Source of the DNA: Felis catus | Lineage: Eukaryota | DNA length: 64,000 nucleotides | Direction of reading: 5' to 3' | NCBI RefSeq assembly: GCF_018350175.1 | Contig: NC_058382.1 | Coordinates: forward strand, 50,902,001-50,966,000 | In this document: positions 12,681 to 26,092 of the stretch, one piece after another | Numbering within the stretch: position 1 is the first letter of the stretch | How the letters are laid out: each line of letters begins with the position of its first letter | Position numbers and translations under genes: made by a program | Notes under the pieces: model-generated | The model's input: only the letters and a program-made list of their open reading frames with translations | Told to the model about the DNA's origin: nothing | The model's database searches: none

Positions 12681-15348
12681 TATATAAACGAACTAATGTA
12701 GCCAGAGGGTTTGTGATTGTATTTTCTCTTCCTAACAAGAATGTCCTTTTTTTTCCCTTTAAGGGATCATGAATGATTAAAACCTTGGTAATACAAAAAA
12801 AATTAATTACAAACACAGAAAGGAGATACGTTGGCTAATCATTACTTTAGTATAAGTGGCGTCAAATACAACAAGCGTTTTACTTCACTTTCATCAGTTT
12901 CATGTAGTGGGGCATTTCTTTGAGTGGGTCACAGGGTGCGTTCAACATATGCATAAGAACAGGTTCTTTTAGGCTGCTTGCTAACTCCTAATAAAAGTTG
13001 TCTAATGGAAAGCGCATCCCAACAGGACATATCGAGGATGTGTTAGTTCAGATGCATTTAGTTTTGCCACCTGCTAATCAGTTTGCATGTTTTCCAATTA
13101 AGTCCAATTTGTAAAGAGAACCTAGTTAATTACAACGCGTATTATGCTTAACTTCGCAAAATTTTCTTTTAATATAAACGAAACATGATCGTAGATAACA
13201 TAGTCCCTCTGCTTCTTAGACACATCTAATGATAATGTTGCCAAGAGTGAAAGGAAGGAAACCTAGCATGACAGTTGTTTAAAATGCATCTTAAATGGGG
13301 GCCTGCATTGTTAGGGGAAAAAAGTTGAAAGCAACAAAGCCATCTGAGACAGATCATATTAGAGAGCGAGTGCATTTCAGCAGTCCCTGCTTCTTACCAA
13401 CATGCTTCCACATATGTGAAGACAAAGCTTATAGCCAGATAAGCAAATCTTTAACAAACTCCAGTTTGATATTCTAGCATTAGACTTAATTATACTTTAA
13501 GAGAAGTTCTTGTTCTGTTTTCCCTCCTGAGATAAAATTAGCTAGGAACTTGGCAATGTTTCTGTGGCTTGAGGTCTTCTCCTTGTTTAATTTTTTGTAC
13601 TTACTGCTGCAGTGGTGGATGCATTCTAGGTTTTTGGTTGTTTTTTTTTTTCCGTGAGGAGGAATAAGAAACAAGCCAACAAAACAAGCTGGTAAATAAG
13701 GATACATCAGAGATTCAAGTGGGGATAAGTGAGCACACCAAGCGAACTCTTTATTATGAGAGAATGTTTCTAGCAAAGTGTTAAGCCATAGGCAGCCTCA
13801 GATAAAAACCATTGATGTCTTTCTTAGTAGATCCCTGCAAGCAACTAGAAGGTCAACAGAATCAATGGTACGTGCTGAATCTTCAGATATAAAATAAAAC
13901 GCGTAGATTTTTTTTCTAATAGTTTACACATGAGTATGAAAATATTAACCAGCGTTTATGGAGCACAAAAGCCCCTGGAAGCTTTTTGCAGGGGCTACAT
14001 TTGGGTGCAGTCAGATGAAATGGGGAACAAAGAAAGCCCGCCACATCAAGAACACAGCAGGTAGTGCTACTTTCTTATTCAGACTTTTCCTGTCCCATTT
14101 GGGTGATCAATCTGTAGTGATACACTATTTATTACACTGCACCTCTTTTTGCTGGAATTCTGAAGTCATGGAGACATTTTTTTTATGAGGTCTCAGTGGT
14201 GTTTTGAGTATAGAATTGTTACCATTGGGAAGACTTAAGAAAGCCTTAACCCACTCTTTACCTTTGAGTGTAAGCATCAAAAAATTTTTCACGGATCAAA
14301 CAGAAAAGTTCTACCCAGTTCTCCCCTTCCGGAAGGGCATGGAGCTTTCTTGTGCCTATCTCAGTCACTGATGGCTTTGTATCAGAGGTCTTCAAGCATC
14401 CCAAGTAGAGGACCAACACTCCCACATACAATGGAAACTGGTGGGTACAGGTTAGGATTCTCTGTGTGAAAGAGCGTGTGGTACAAATCCATTCTGGATA
14501 GATGTGTCAGAAAAAAAAGCATAAGGGCGTTTCTTGAGGTATCTACCCAGATTCCATAATTAAAACATGGAATCAATTCTCTCCCCTTCCATGTAAGTTT
14601 TAACATTACAATGGCTACTTGCCAGCTGCAAACCATGAATAAAGTATACGTCTCCATGAGTCCTAGGGCCTTGTCTCCCTAAGTTTGTGTGGGGGAAATA
14701 GGTTCTCCTTACATAAATGGGTTTAAAAAAAGCTTAGGGCAGAAAGCTGCCACCGTGGGGTCAAAGTGCCCGAGGTTAGCTAGCGAGATATTGTAATGGG
14801 ATCACGAGTAACTTGTTATATCACTTGCAGGAAGTTACTTCCCATGTGACACCAATATACTTTGATCACAAACTCCTCTTGCCCCCAGACCCTTTGCTTC
14901 TTACACACACACGTTAATGATCTCCTTCCCCATGGACCTCTACTGTAATTCCTCCCCTGAGTCAGACAGGAGACGTTATTGAAGAAGGGAGGGATATGGT
15001 ATTATCTTTCAGGACAACAAAAGTAAGAAAGACCACCAGTAAGAAGAACAGGACGTGAGCTTAAGGGAGACAACCTTTATGAAACACTAAGCACAGTACC
15101 CAGCAATGGCAAATGCTCCATACATGTGAGCCTCAATTATTTGCATGTGGGTTTTTTTTTTTTTTTAACATCATGTTAAGAGTTTACGTAGTGGCAGACA
15201 ACAGCCAATGTAGATGTTCAACAGCCTCACAGAGCTTGACTTCTAGGCCCCAAGGGATCGACTGGCACTGTGCACAGAGATCCATCTATTTTCAGAGCTC
15301 AGCTCAGCAGTTAGTATCTCTGCAACTCCGGACAAGTTATTGGACAGA

Positions 15349-15711
15349 CGTAGGAGTTGGCTTGGACCACCATAACAAAAGACTATAGACTGTGAGCTTA
15401 CTCAACAGAAACGTACCTTCTCACAGTTCTGGAGGCTCCACGTCCAAGAGGAAGGTGCCAAGATGGTCACGCTGTGGTGAAAGCCCTGCTCTTGGCTCGC
15501 AGATGACACCCCCTTCTCACTATGTCCTTGAGGCACGCACAAGAAAGGAATGAGCTCACTCTCTTCTTACAAGGGCACCAATCTCATTAGCGTTTTAACG
15601 CTAACTACCTCCCACAGGCCCCATCTCTAACTACCATCAGATTGGGGGTTAGGGCTTCAACATGGGAACTTTTTTGGGGGGGGGGTGGTCACGTACATTT
15701 AGTCTATAGCA
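15349..15711 (-). mobile_element. MaLR solo LTR (MLT1A-like)
   Basis: CTCACAGTTCTGGAGGCT..GTCCAAGA..TTGGGGGTTAGGGCTTCAACAT..TAGTCTATAGCA. Confidence 0.85.
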
Positions 15712-15879
15712 ACTGCTTTTCTAGTTTCAGTTTTCCCAGGCAAAGTGGGGACTTTAGAATGGGGAAATGAAGTCTCTTCCCTGGAATGTTGGGAAACTGT
15801 GTAAAGTGGTAGGTACACGAGTGTGGACTGTCCAGCAGCTCACACACGACGGGAGGTGAATAAATGTCAGGCTTCCTGC

Positions 15880-16040
15880 CCTGGGTCTGGGATACTGCAT
15901 CACTGGATCCAGTCATTCATCCCATGGGATCAGTAACACTGAGTCAACTAGGCCATTCATTTCCCTTCTCTGGACCTCAGCTTGTCCATCCGTATAATGA
16001 GGTCAGATCAGAGGTTTCCTAAAGTCCCTAGAGTTCTAAC
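15880..16040 (+). mobile_element. MIR fragment
   Basis: CTCTGGACCTCAG..ATCCGTATAATGAGG core. Confidence 0.6.
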
Positions 16041-16626
16041 ACCCTCTTCCCATCCTTGTTTCATGTTATTACTGACAGTGACTTCTTAAAATGATTGAGG
16101 TTTTACACAGTATGCGTAATTTTAGTTAAGAAGAAAAATATAAAGCCTAAATAAAGCTCTGAAAAAAATACTTAGAAACTGCTCTGATTGTGCTATTATC
16201 ACAAATTATGAAAGATATATTCTAGTATATCTCACCAATCTTCTGATCATTTTCATTAGAAACTATCTAGAGCTTATCAGAATGGTTCAGTGATTTTATC
16301 AAATAGCTAAAAATGATAGTGTGAGCACTCTTGAAAGTAGGACAGTTTAAGCAAATCACTCTAGCAACCTAAAAGAATCGTGCTAGTTTTGCCTAATTCA
16401 GAAAATAAAATTATTTAACAAATCGTTGTCAATTACCTAAGAACAGAAGAAAGAAAGGAAACAGACAGTTTCATGCAGCACATGAAAATTCAACAAGGGT
16501 CTCTCATAAACCCTGCAATTATTAGGCTAACACGTAAAACTGGCTTCCTGATGGACTGAAGCACTGTCATGAATAGTCATAGGTCAAGAAACCACAATCT
16601 TGGTTGTGCACACTGAAGACTAAAAT

Positions 16627-17671
16627 GACAAGGATTCCAGTTTCTCCACATCCTGGCCATTAGCCATCTTCACAGGTGTGAGGTGAGATCTCACGGTGGT
16701 GTTGATGTGCATTTCCCTGATGCTTAGTGACACAGAGCATCTTTTCTCGGATCTGTGGGCCACCTGTATGTCATCTTTGAAGAGTGTCTACTCATGTCTT
16801 TAGCTGATTTTCAAAATCAAGTTATAGCAGTTTTGTTTTTGTTTTGCTACTGAGTTGTAAGTGTTCCTTATATATTCTGGGAAATAACCCCTTATCTGAT
16901 ATATGGTTGGCAATGATTTTCTCCCATTCCGTAGGTTCTCTTTTCACTCATTTCCTTTGTCATACATAAGCTTTTTAGTTTGACCAAGTCCCCTTTGGAT
17001 ATTTTTGCTGGTGCTGCCTGTGTTTTTGGCGTCCTATCCACGAAATCATTGTCAATACCGATGTCACCACGGAGAACAGTATGGTTATTTATTTAAAAGT
17101 TATTAACAGGGCTACTTTATGATCCAGAAATCACACTTCTGAGTATTTATCAGAAACAGGTTGAAGTCAGCAAGTCAAGGAGATATTAGCACTCCAATGT
17201 TCAAGGAGGCACTGCAGCCAAGATGTAGAAACAAGCTAAATAGGCATTAACAAATGGATGGGTAGAGACAGTGTGGGACACACATACAATGGAATATTAC
17301 TTAGCCGTACAAAAGAGCCCTGGTGGTTTGTGACATCATGGATGAACTTGGAGGGCGTGATCCTAAGTGAAACAAGCCAGTCACAGAAAGACAACTACTA
17401 CAGGACTCCACTCATATGAGGTACCTAAAATAGTCAAACTCACAGAATCACAGATGTAGAATGGCGATTATCAGGGACTAGGGAAAGGGAAAATTGAGAA
17501 GGTGCTAATCAATGGGCATAAAGTCTCAAGTCTGCAAGATGAGAGTAAGTTCGAAAGATCCGCTGCACACCACTGTCTCCCTAGTTAACAACACTGCATT
17601 TTACACTTAGAAATTTGTTAAGAAGGTAGATCTCATGTTTAAGTGCTCTTGCCACAATAAAATAAAATACG
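16627..17671 (+). mobile_element. 5'-inverted (twin-primed) L1 of L1MA9/10-L1MB type: antisense segment ~16627-17067 plus sense 3' end ~17068-17671
   Basis: The two segments are adjacent in the L1 consensus. The element ends in AATAAAATAAAA and has TSD AGACTAAAAT at 16617-16626 and 17672-17681. Confidence 0.85.
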
Positions 17672-18733
17672 AGACTAAAATTAGCAGCTAGCTGCCTAGG
17701 ACTTTGAACATGACCTTGAATAAAAAAAAAAATAAAAGCAGTGAAGAAAGGAAAGAATTGGTTGTCTAATTAATAGGTCTGGAAGCTTTCATTTTCTTTA
17801 ATAATACTCCTTTGATACCCCAGCATTAAGTTGGCATAATCACAGAGGAGGATGGCAAATCCTTCTTTCCAGTTTTGCTCTGAATACTTTTCAACTGCTA
17901 AAATCTTTTAAGAGTATCTATCCAAGCATGGCTTGTGGAAAAGAGATAAAAAGCTAAAAAAAGAAAACACATTATGCAGCAGAACTCATTTGAATGATTT
18001 ATTTAAAAGTGTTCCTGAAGAAAAGAAAGAAAATTCTTCAGTATAGAGAATCTATCTCTGAAATCCTTTGGGGAGACACAAATTTATTTTGCTCACATAA
18101 TCTGGGCAATAAAATTATGGCATAATCATACAAACATTTTATAAAATAATGCCGGGGAACTGAGTAATGCAAATCAGTAGGCAATTTCCAGATCTCCATA
18201 TTATTTGCATATTTAGAACAGGCTACTTCTAGAAATCTATTTTGCAGAAGGACTAGGATGTGTGCACAAAGAAAATAATAGTTCTAAGAGTTATTGAGTG
18301 ATTACTAGGCCTCTGTGTTGATCTCATTTACTCCTGACAAATATTCTTTTCTACACATTCCTCCTCTCCCCACCAGTGTCCTCACAAGATGATTCTCAAA
18401 AGAAACCATTATCAAGAGGGAAGAAGGATTGTGCTTTGCCGTCTGTTCTCACCAGGATATCTAGGGAATAGTGGTACCTTTTGTAGAATAAGAGGGAGAT
18501 TTGGAGAAGTCCTGCTTTAAGAAATAATGTGACAAATTAAGATTTGGAACGATGTGTTTAAAGTCATGCTAAATAGCCTAAAATTTGATTCCTAGACATT
18601 TTTTTTAATATCCTCCTTTTAGAGGAAAATATCACAAGGATACAGAGGGTAAGAAGAGGTGAAGGTAAATCTAGGAAAGGTGAGTGTCGTAATTAATTGC
18701 AAGGGCAGAGGGATTTCTCAAGTTCAGGGCAGT

Positions 18734-19269
18734 GTATTAGTTTCTTACTGCTGCTGTAATAAATTCTCACAAATGTAGTCACTTAGCTCAAATTAACCAT
18801 CTTGCAATTCAAGACAGCAGAAATCTGTAATTTGAGTCTCATTGGACTAAAATCAAGGTGTCTGCAGTGTTGTGTTCCTTTTGGAGGCAGAGAAGCATCT
18901 CCTAGGGGAAAATCTGAGCGCTGTGTTTTATTTTGTTTTGTTTTGTTTTGCCTTTTCCCCCTACTAGAGTCTGTCTGTATCACTCGACTCATGGTCCCCT
19001 TCATCTCCAAGCTTGCAAATGCATCCCTCTAACCTCTGGTTCTGTAGTCCTATCTTCTCTTTGACTCACCTATCTCCCTCCTTCCCTTTTGAGAACACTT
19101 ATGATTACACTGGGCCTACCCAGATAATCCAGGATAATTCTCCTATCTCAGGATACCTAATTTAATCATATTTGCAAAGTCCCTTTAGCCATGTAGGGTA
19201 ACATATTCATATAGGCCGTGGGGATTAGACTGATGAGATATCTGAAGGGCCATTATGCTGCCAACCACA
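18734..19269 (-). mobile_element. MaLR solo LTR (MLT1D-like)
   Basis: TGTATTAGTTTC..GCTGCTGTAA..AAAATCAAGGTGTC..CCCAGATAATCCAGGATAA..TGCCAACCACA. Confidence 0.88.
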
Positions 19270-19599
19270 GTTATTAGCGCATACAGATACAGATAGTGAA
19301 ATTTCAAGATGGGAAGGGGAAGGTGTGGAGAGGAAGCAGAAATAAAGATGGAGATTCTCAAATAATTCATCTGCCTAAGGAAAAAGCAAGTTGAGTGAAA
19401 AGCTATCTCGGTTCCCCGTTTTCAATCATGAATTTTTCTTTTGGACTTAAGCGTCAATATACATTTCTAGNNNNNNNNNNNNNNNNNNNNNNNNNNNNNN
19501 NNNNNNNNNNNNNNNNNNNNNNNNNNNNNNNNNNNNNNNNNNNNNNNNNNNNNNNNNNNNNNNNNNNNNNNNNNNNNNNNNNNNNNNNNNNNNNNNNNN

Positions 19600-19845
19600 T
19601 CTAAGTAATCTCTTTACCCAACATGGGGCTTGAACTCACAACTCTGAGATCGAGAGTCTTATGCTCCACTGACTGAGCCGCCCAGGAGCCTGTTTGTTTG
19701 TTTCTTCCGTTCTTTCTTCTGTCCTTCCTTCCAAGTAGGCTTCACACCCAGTGTAGAGCCCAACACAGGCTTCAACTCATAGTCCTGACATTAGGACCTG
19801 AGATCCAGAGTCAGATGCTTGACCAACTGAGTCACCCAGGCGTCT
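19600..19845 (-). mobile_element. Two short tRNA-like CAN-SINE copies in tandem, next to a gap
   Basis: GGGCTTGAACTCACAAC..ACTGAGCC..CCAGG occurs twice (19600-19690 and 19730-19845). Confidence 0.8.
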
Positions 19846-20024
19846 CACCCCTAGTTTTTTCTAAGGTAAAATCTCCATTAGTGAAGTGCATGGATCTTAC
19901 AAAACGTAAAATCTGATGAGTTTTGGTAAATGTATGCACATGACTAACCAGCACACTAAACCAAGATACAGAATTTTGCAATTACTCTAAAATAAGATCC
20001 TCACAGATTTTATATTTCTGGCAA

Positions 20025-20205
20025 CATTATATACATATCATGTACATATATCAAGTATGTATGTGTGGGTGTGTATGTGTATATGTGTGTGTATACACAC
20101 ATAAATACATACATACTTGGTGTCTCGTAAGATTTATACATATACACATACATACATATACATACACAGATACACACACACACACCTACATACATATATA
20201 CTTCG
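20025..20205. repeat. Low-complexity (TA)/(TG)/(CA) tract
   Basis: Direct read. Confidence 0.9.
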
Positions 20206-21329
20206 TGTCTCAAAAGATTTCTACATATAGCTTTCCACCAGTGTACTCAGAAACTGTCAGAGGATAAGGGTGCTAACCTCCTAATCAGGCTTAGAAGACT
20301 GGCTTAGAATATTTTGATAAAACACCTCAGTTGAGTTTTTCCCCCCTACAGTGAGTTATTGATATTTACTTTTTAGGAAAATATATTTTAGTATATAGTT
20401 GAGATCTCTGAAGTGGAATCCTTGCTAGCATCGTATTCTACTGTCTTCCTCCTATGATTTTGCATGCCTATGTTTATCTATCTAAAGTGCCAGCAGCATT
20501 AATCGCAAGTTCCTGCTTTTAGTAAAATGTTTCTAGGCAATTTTGGTGTCTAAAGGAGACAATGAAAAATTAGCTATAAAGTTATCTAAGACATATAGTA
20601 GTTAATAAAAATCTGAAAAATGAGGATTGCACCAAGTTCAATTTGTATATTGAGCCTTAATAAATAAATCTAACTTGGCAAACAACAACAAAACCAAAAA
20701 ACAAAAAAACCACCAAAGCATTTCACCTAAAATTTTAGCAAAGGGCAGTAAGCATTTTTTGCATGGCTTGCAGGCAGTAATTGTAAAAAGGAAGTTCTAT
20801 GATCGGGTGGGTATCATGGAATCCTTGCGAATAGCCTGGGTTAGCACAGTCCTCACGACAGATCTTAGCAACAGTGAGAGAAAAGTGTTCCCACATAGAC
20901 AAAAAGAACGGACAGCACCAGATCATAGAGGGGGTGTCATTACTGAGCTACTCAAGAGAAACGCCTGGGCCAAAGTTCTGTGTAAACTGGCAGAAAAGGC
21001 AAAATCGATACAAATGACTTGCAGATCAAAAGTCAGAAACCCCGGCTGAGAGAGAGCGCTACGTATCACTCACAGATGAGGATGCGCTCAGACGCGGGTG
21101 CTTTAGTTTCAGGAGCTCACCGTGGGCAGAAGGGACTAACCTGCTACGTCAGTCACATGTTAGCTGTGTGTCCGGCTCCTTGAGGAGAGAAATGATTACA
21201 TTTAACCATTCAAGGTTTGGTTAGAGTCACGCAACACACTTTGGGACAAAATGGTGAGGGCTGCTTTTCCCAAGTTTTAACGTGCCTAAAAAAAATCACA
21301 TGAGGCGTGTTGTCCAGGAAGGGCTTTGG

Positions 21330-21530
21330 TGCCAGACGGTCCTGGCATTGAATTTCAGCCAGCCCCCGTATCAGTTCATATAAACAAGGATATACGACTT
21401 ATGTTTCCTAGCTTTGGCGTTCATTCTGTGTAAAATGGAGTTGATGTGCACCTCACAGGGGTTTCGTGAAGATTAAACATGATTACAGATTTAGAATGTG
21501 CTGCACGCCTCGCACAGTGCTCACTTCTCC
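21330..21530 (+). mobile_element. MIR SINE
   Basis: TGTAAAATGGAG..CCTCACAGGGG..GTGAAGATTAAA core. Confidence 0.7.
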
Positions 21531-23376
21531 TCCAGGGTCCAATATGTTATGGTGTATATCTTCCCTTCCTCCTTACGATCATTCTCAGTCATCCTTTGGT
21601 TAAAGGTAACAAACGCAAGATTCAACTCCAAACATTAAAAAAAGCAATGAGGCCCAGCAGTGTTGGAGGGGCCGGGGATGTTCTGTTAGCACAATTCTGG
21701 ACAGCAGACCTCAGGTTTACTCTGTGAAGAGGAGAACCACGGAACCATCCAGCAAGAGAGGGGACACTTAAGCAGTCCTCCTGGCTACCACGAAACACAA
21801 GCGATCCATTACGGGAGCCTGGGGCGATGAGCCGGTGAACACACGGAGTGGGGACGCCCTTCTGGCTGCTTCCACATCTTCTTATCCTGGCAGAAGTTTT
21901 GGGGCCAGGAACTCCCCATTTTCCAGGGATGACTGAAGCCGTCATCCCCAGGAGAACCGAAGAGAATATATTTCTATCTAGATATAAATGAGGCATTTCC
22001 TATGTGACAGTCTGTCTTCCAGCTGCTTGAATTTATCCTGATGTTCAGTTGACGTGGCTCCTTTATATAGAAATTGTCAAGTGATGTTCCTTTCCTTCCT
22101 TTTCAATTTTTTAATCAAGTTCATGCACAAATACATGTACATTACGTACGCAACTGTTTATATGATGGTTACAAGCCCAATTTAAAAACCCGAAGACAGT
22201 GGTATCCAACAGTGACTTAGGAAGCCAGAAATTGCTACAAGCACAATGTAAACACTTCAGTTGAATTCTCCAAGAAAACACCACCACTCGTAAGCAAACA
22301 CTTTTTAAAGAATGAAAACCTCTGCTTACAGATTTTATTGATTCTTCTTATATTTAATGGAATAAAGAAAGTTCTATTGTCATAATCCGGTGGGTATAAT
22401 TACAGCAGACATTTTATCACGTTGGCATTATGATTTAGCAGAATTTTAATGTTTAATTCTTAAATGTGCTCAAAAACACTGTTGAGAGTCCTCTGGGCAA
22501 TAACAATATATGCTACGGCTACGTGAGGAAAAAGAGAAAAGCTATTAGTGTTGAGGGTTGACGGCCATTTAAATCCTTCACACATCAGTGGAAGAACAGA
22601 TTTCTTAGTACTGGAAAGCACACTGCCTACTTGCATATTATAGATTTGCGATTAAATTAAATTTTCAAGTTTCACTGAAAACTTGTACAATTAACCTTTT
22701 TTGCAAATGTATCATCTTCATGCAGTAAGTAAAGCTTTATATTTTTTTTTCTGGTGATCTTTCTAATGGCCTTATTCTAGAACATTACATGGTATTGAGT
22801 TTTGAAATGGCAGCAAAGGACCAAGTCCCTTAAAAATCAATTCAATTGATTTCCATTCATGCAGATGTCTTAAGTTTTACCCTGGTTGATGTTCTTTCCA
22901 AGTAGACGAGAGTCAGACTGCAGACCAACTCTCTACATTCTGCCCAATCCTGCTTCCCACCCACATTTCCAAGACTTTCTCAGAATATTCCTGAACAAAC
23001 TACAAGGTAACATCTAACCCGTCAAGTGATTTGTTTTCTTCTCTAAAATGTGAGCATTGCTATAATAAGATGAATTACATTAATGATAAACTTCCAACCG
23101 TAGGAACATATAATAACCATTTGAGACAAGACTAAATGTGAGACATTTATTGAATATAAAGCAGAGGTACTTAAAGCATTTAAAACTAGGAAGAGATATG
23201 CCAGTTTCCAATATACGCAGAAAGGGAAGAGAGAAGCAGGTCAAAGCACATATTTATATTTCGTAAGTGTCTCTGTAAGGGTAACACGGCCTGTCGTATA
23301 CACAGTTGCAGGCAAGTCATGAGCCCCCACTCTCAGTCTTATGATACTTTGAGATCCTGACAAGTCAATTAATATC

Positions 23377-23605
23377 TTTTTTTTAACGTCTGTTGATTTA
23401 TTTTGATAGAGAGAGCATATGGGCACACGGGGGGTGGGGTGGCGGAGAGCGAGCGAGCGAGAGAGAGAAAGAGAGAGAACATCCCAAGCAGGCTCCACAT
23501 TCTCAGCACAGAGCCCGATGCGGGGCTTGATCTCATGAACTGGTGAGATGATGAGCCGATATCAAGAGTTGGACACTTAACCAACTGAGCCACCCAGGCA
23601 CCCCA
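23377..23605 (-). mobile_element. CAN-SINE
   Basis: Antisense full length; TSD CAATTA(A/G)TATCTTT. Confidence 0.93.
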
Positions 23606-23655
23606 TCAATTAGTATCTTTGACGATTTACTACTATATCTTGAAGACTTCAAAGT

Positions 23656-23657
<2 letters not shown>

Positions 23658-23696
<39 letters not shown>
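23658..23696. repeat. (CA)n microsatellite
   Basis: Direct read, ~19 units. Confidence 0.96.
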
Positions 23697-23699
<3 letters not shown>

Positions 23700-23719
23700 G
23701 TTTATTGAACTACTTTGTT

Positions 23720-24200
23720 GTCTCTGATGGGAAGTTCAATAGTCACCTCTAAATCAACATCTCCATTCAACCTGTCATTCTCCCTCAAGTCTGTAGGCTG
23801 GCTTTGATTGCTATTTTTTAACGAGCGGCATTATTACTTACCTCTTCTGCGTCTCTCAGCCTCTTGGGAGATCTTAGACATCTCCTCATATTCCACTCCC
23901 ATCCCTATTCTCCACCATTTATATTTGACTTATGGCCAAGCCCCAAAAATCTAATCCTACATTAATTTTCCAACCCATTTCTTCTTTTCCATTTAAACTG
24001 CCACTGCTTGAGATTGGACCTCCAACACCTCTTGTCTGGATTGCTCTGATGAGTTTATAATAGATCTTCCTGCCTCCAATCCTGTTTCCCTCCATTTTTT
24101 TCTTCATATTGTTGTCATGTCACCTTGGAAAATGAAATCTATCCCCCACCCCTCTCCATCCCTTGCTTAAAATCCTTACTTGACTGGCTTCCCTTAGAAT
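23720..24200 (+). mobile_element. L2 fragment
   Basis: CTCTTGTCTGGATTGC..CCTGCCTCCA..TGCTTAAAATCCTT..TGGCTTCCC L2 blocks. Confidence 0.6.
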
Positions 24201-24959
24201 TCAGAATAGTATTTCAGGATAAAGCAAGGAATGTCCCATTCAACTTTGATTGAAATAAAGAATAAATTAATTGCATTTCCCTCACCTTTGAAATGTTAAG
24301 ATCTCACTTGATCAACTTTAAGGATTATCTATCTTACAAACTCTCCCACCATCATGAAATTCTTCTGCCCGCGTTCCTAGCACCAGGACATCTTAGACAC
24401 TTGGCGTACAATGGAGAAGACAAAGACCAAAAGATTTATTGAGCCTTAGGAAAATTTTATGAAACCAAGAATGCTCTGGGAGCCATGGAAGGAGCTGCCC
24501 TGTCTCAAAGCACATTCCAGATGGAAACATTCACAAAGATTTTATAAGTGAACTCCAACCACATTGAGTGCATTTCCAGGGTCCTTTCTAGTCAGTCACT
24601 TTGTATCATTTTAACAACTCCTCTGTCACAATCAACAATTATCTTTATCAAAGAGGTGATAAAAGGGTTTTGATGTTTGTCCAAAATATTTCTCTTCTTG
24701 ACATTTCAGATAGCACATATAAGCAAGGGCCGCCAGCCCTCCCAGTGTGTGTCCAGGGGACTCCAATTAGCTTGAACCCCTGTTTGCCTGGCACGAAGCA
24801 TCTAAGAATCTACAACTGAAGATGATGCATTTAAAGAGAGGACAGGCAGACCTGTACAACTAGACAAATAAATAGATAAGGAATCCTCCCTGGGACAAAA
24901 AGATATAGAAAATGATACTGAGTAGGGCAGGAAAACTCAGATTCCTTTTACTCTGTTTT

Positions 24960-25170
24960 ATTCATTCATTTAATGAAGCATTATTCTTGCTGTAAGCCAG
25001 GAACTTGCTAAGTTATCTGCAAATATCAAATCATGCAATCTTCCTCATAAGTCAATGGCCCGGTGCTATGAATATTTCTATTTTGCAAATGTGAAAATGG
25101 AGGCTCAAAGAGATTCTTACTTGAAACAAATTCACATGGCTAATAACTGACATGAACTACAGTATGTGGC
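24960..25170 (-). mobile_element. MIR SINE
   Basis: ATTTTGCAAATGTGAAAATGGAGGCTCAAAGAG core. Confidence 0.65.
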
Positions 25171-26092
25171 TGGACGATCTGTGGTCCTGACAATTGTACC
25201 TTAAAAATATACACTAATGCAGATTGCCTGTCCAAGGCAAACATATCTCTGCTCAACATTTCTGTCTCACTTATGACACCAAATGTGACTTTTCCACACC
25301 AATCTGTTCTCCCGTTCTCCAAGGGCACCAGCTGGGCATCCTACAATTTAACTCAATTTTGACTCTAACTACCACAAGTTAACATGGAGCCCAAAGGTTA
25401 AGGGCTCAGTTCCTCAAGACTGCCTTCCTCTTCAGATGCGAATCACAAATAGTGGGTTACCAAGTTAACCACCCTTTTGTCTGACTTGGCTACAAACTGG
25501 GGATCACCATCACCCCTTCCCTCAAGCTCAATAATTTCCTATGATAGCACAGAACTCAGGGAAACATTTTACTTACTGTTCCCAGTTTAATATAAAGGAT
25601 GTCATAAAGGATACAAATGAATAAGCATTTGAAGAGGCACACAGAGCAAAGTCCAGAAGCAACCCGAACACAGGAGCTCCTGTCCCCCTGGTGTTGGTTA
25701 TGCCACCCTCCTGGCACATGGATGCACCCAACAACCCAGAAAGCTCTCCTGGATCCCTTATGTAGGGTTTTCATGAAGGTTCCATTATGTTGGCATGACT
25801 GATTAAATCATTGGCCACTGGCGATTAACTCAATCCTCAGCCTCTCTCCTCTCCCTGGAGATTGGAGGGTGGAGCTGAAAATTCCAACCCTCCAATTACA
25901 TAGTTGGTTCCTCTGGAAACCAGCCCCATCCTGAAGCTGTTGGGAGCATCTAGCCAGTCATCTCAGTAACATCCACACATGTCTGGTTGAAAGGGGCTTA
26001 TTATGGAAAACAAAAAGATGCCCCTATCACCCCTATAACTCAGGAAGTTACAATTCTGGCGCCAGGAACTGAAGGCAAAGACCAAATATATA

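Noticed and set aside
12467-12772. Recurrent peptides such as VAQSVKCPTSAQVMISRFVSSSP across many ORFs
   Set aside because: Translations of CAN-SINE sequence, not a gene family.
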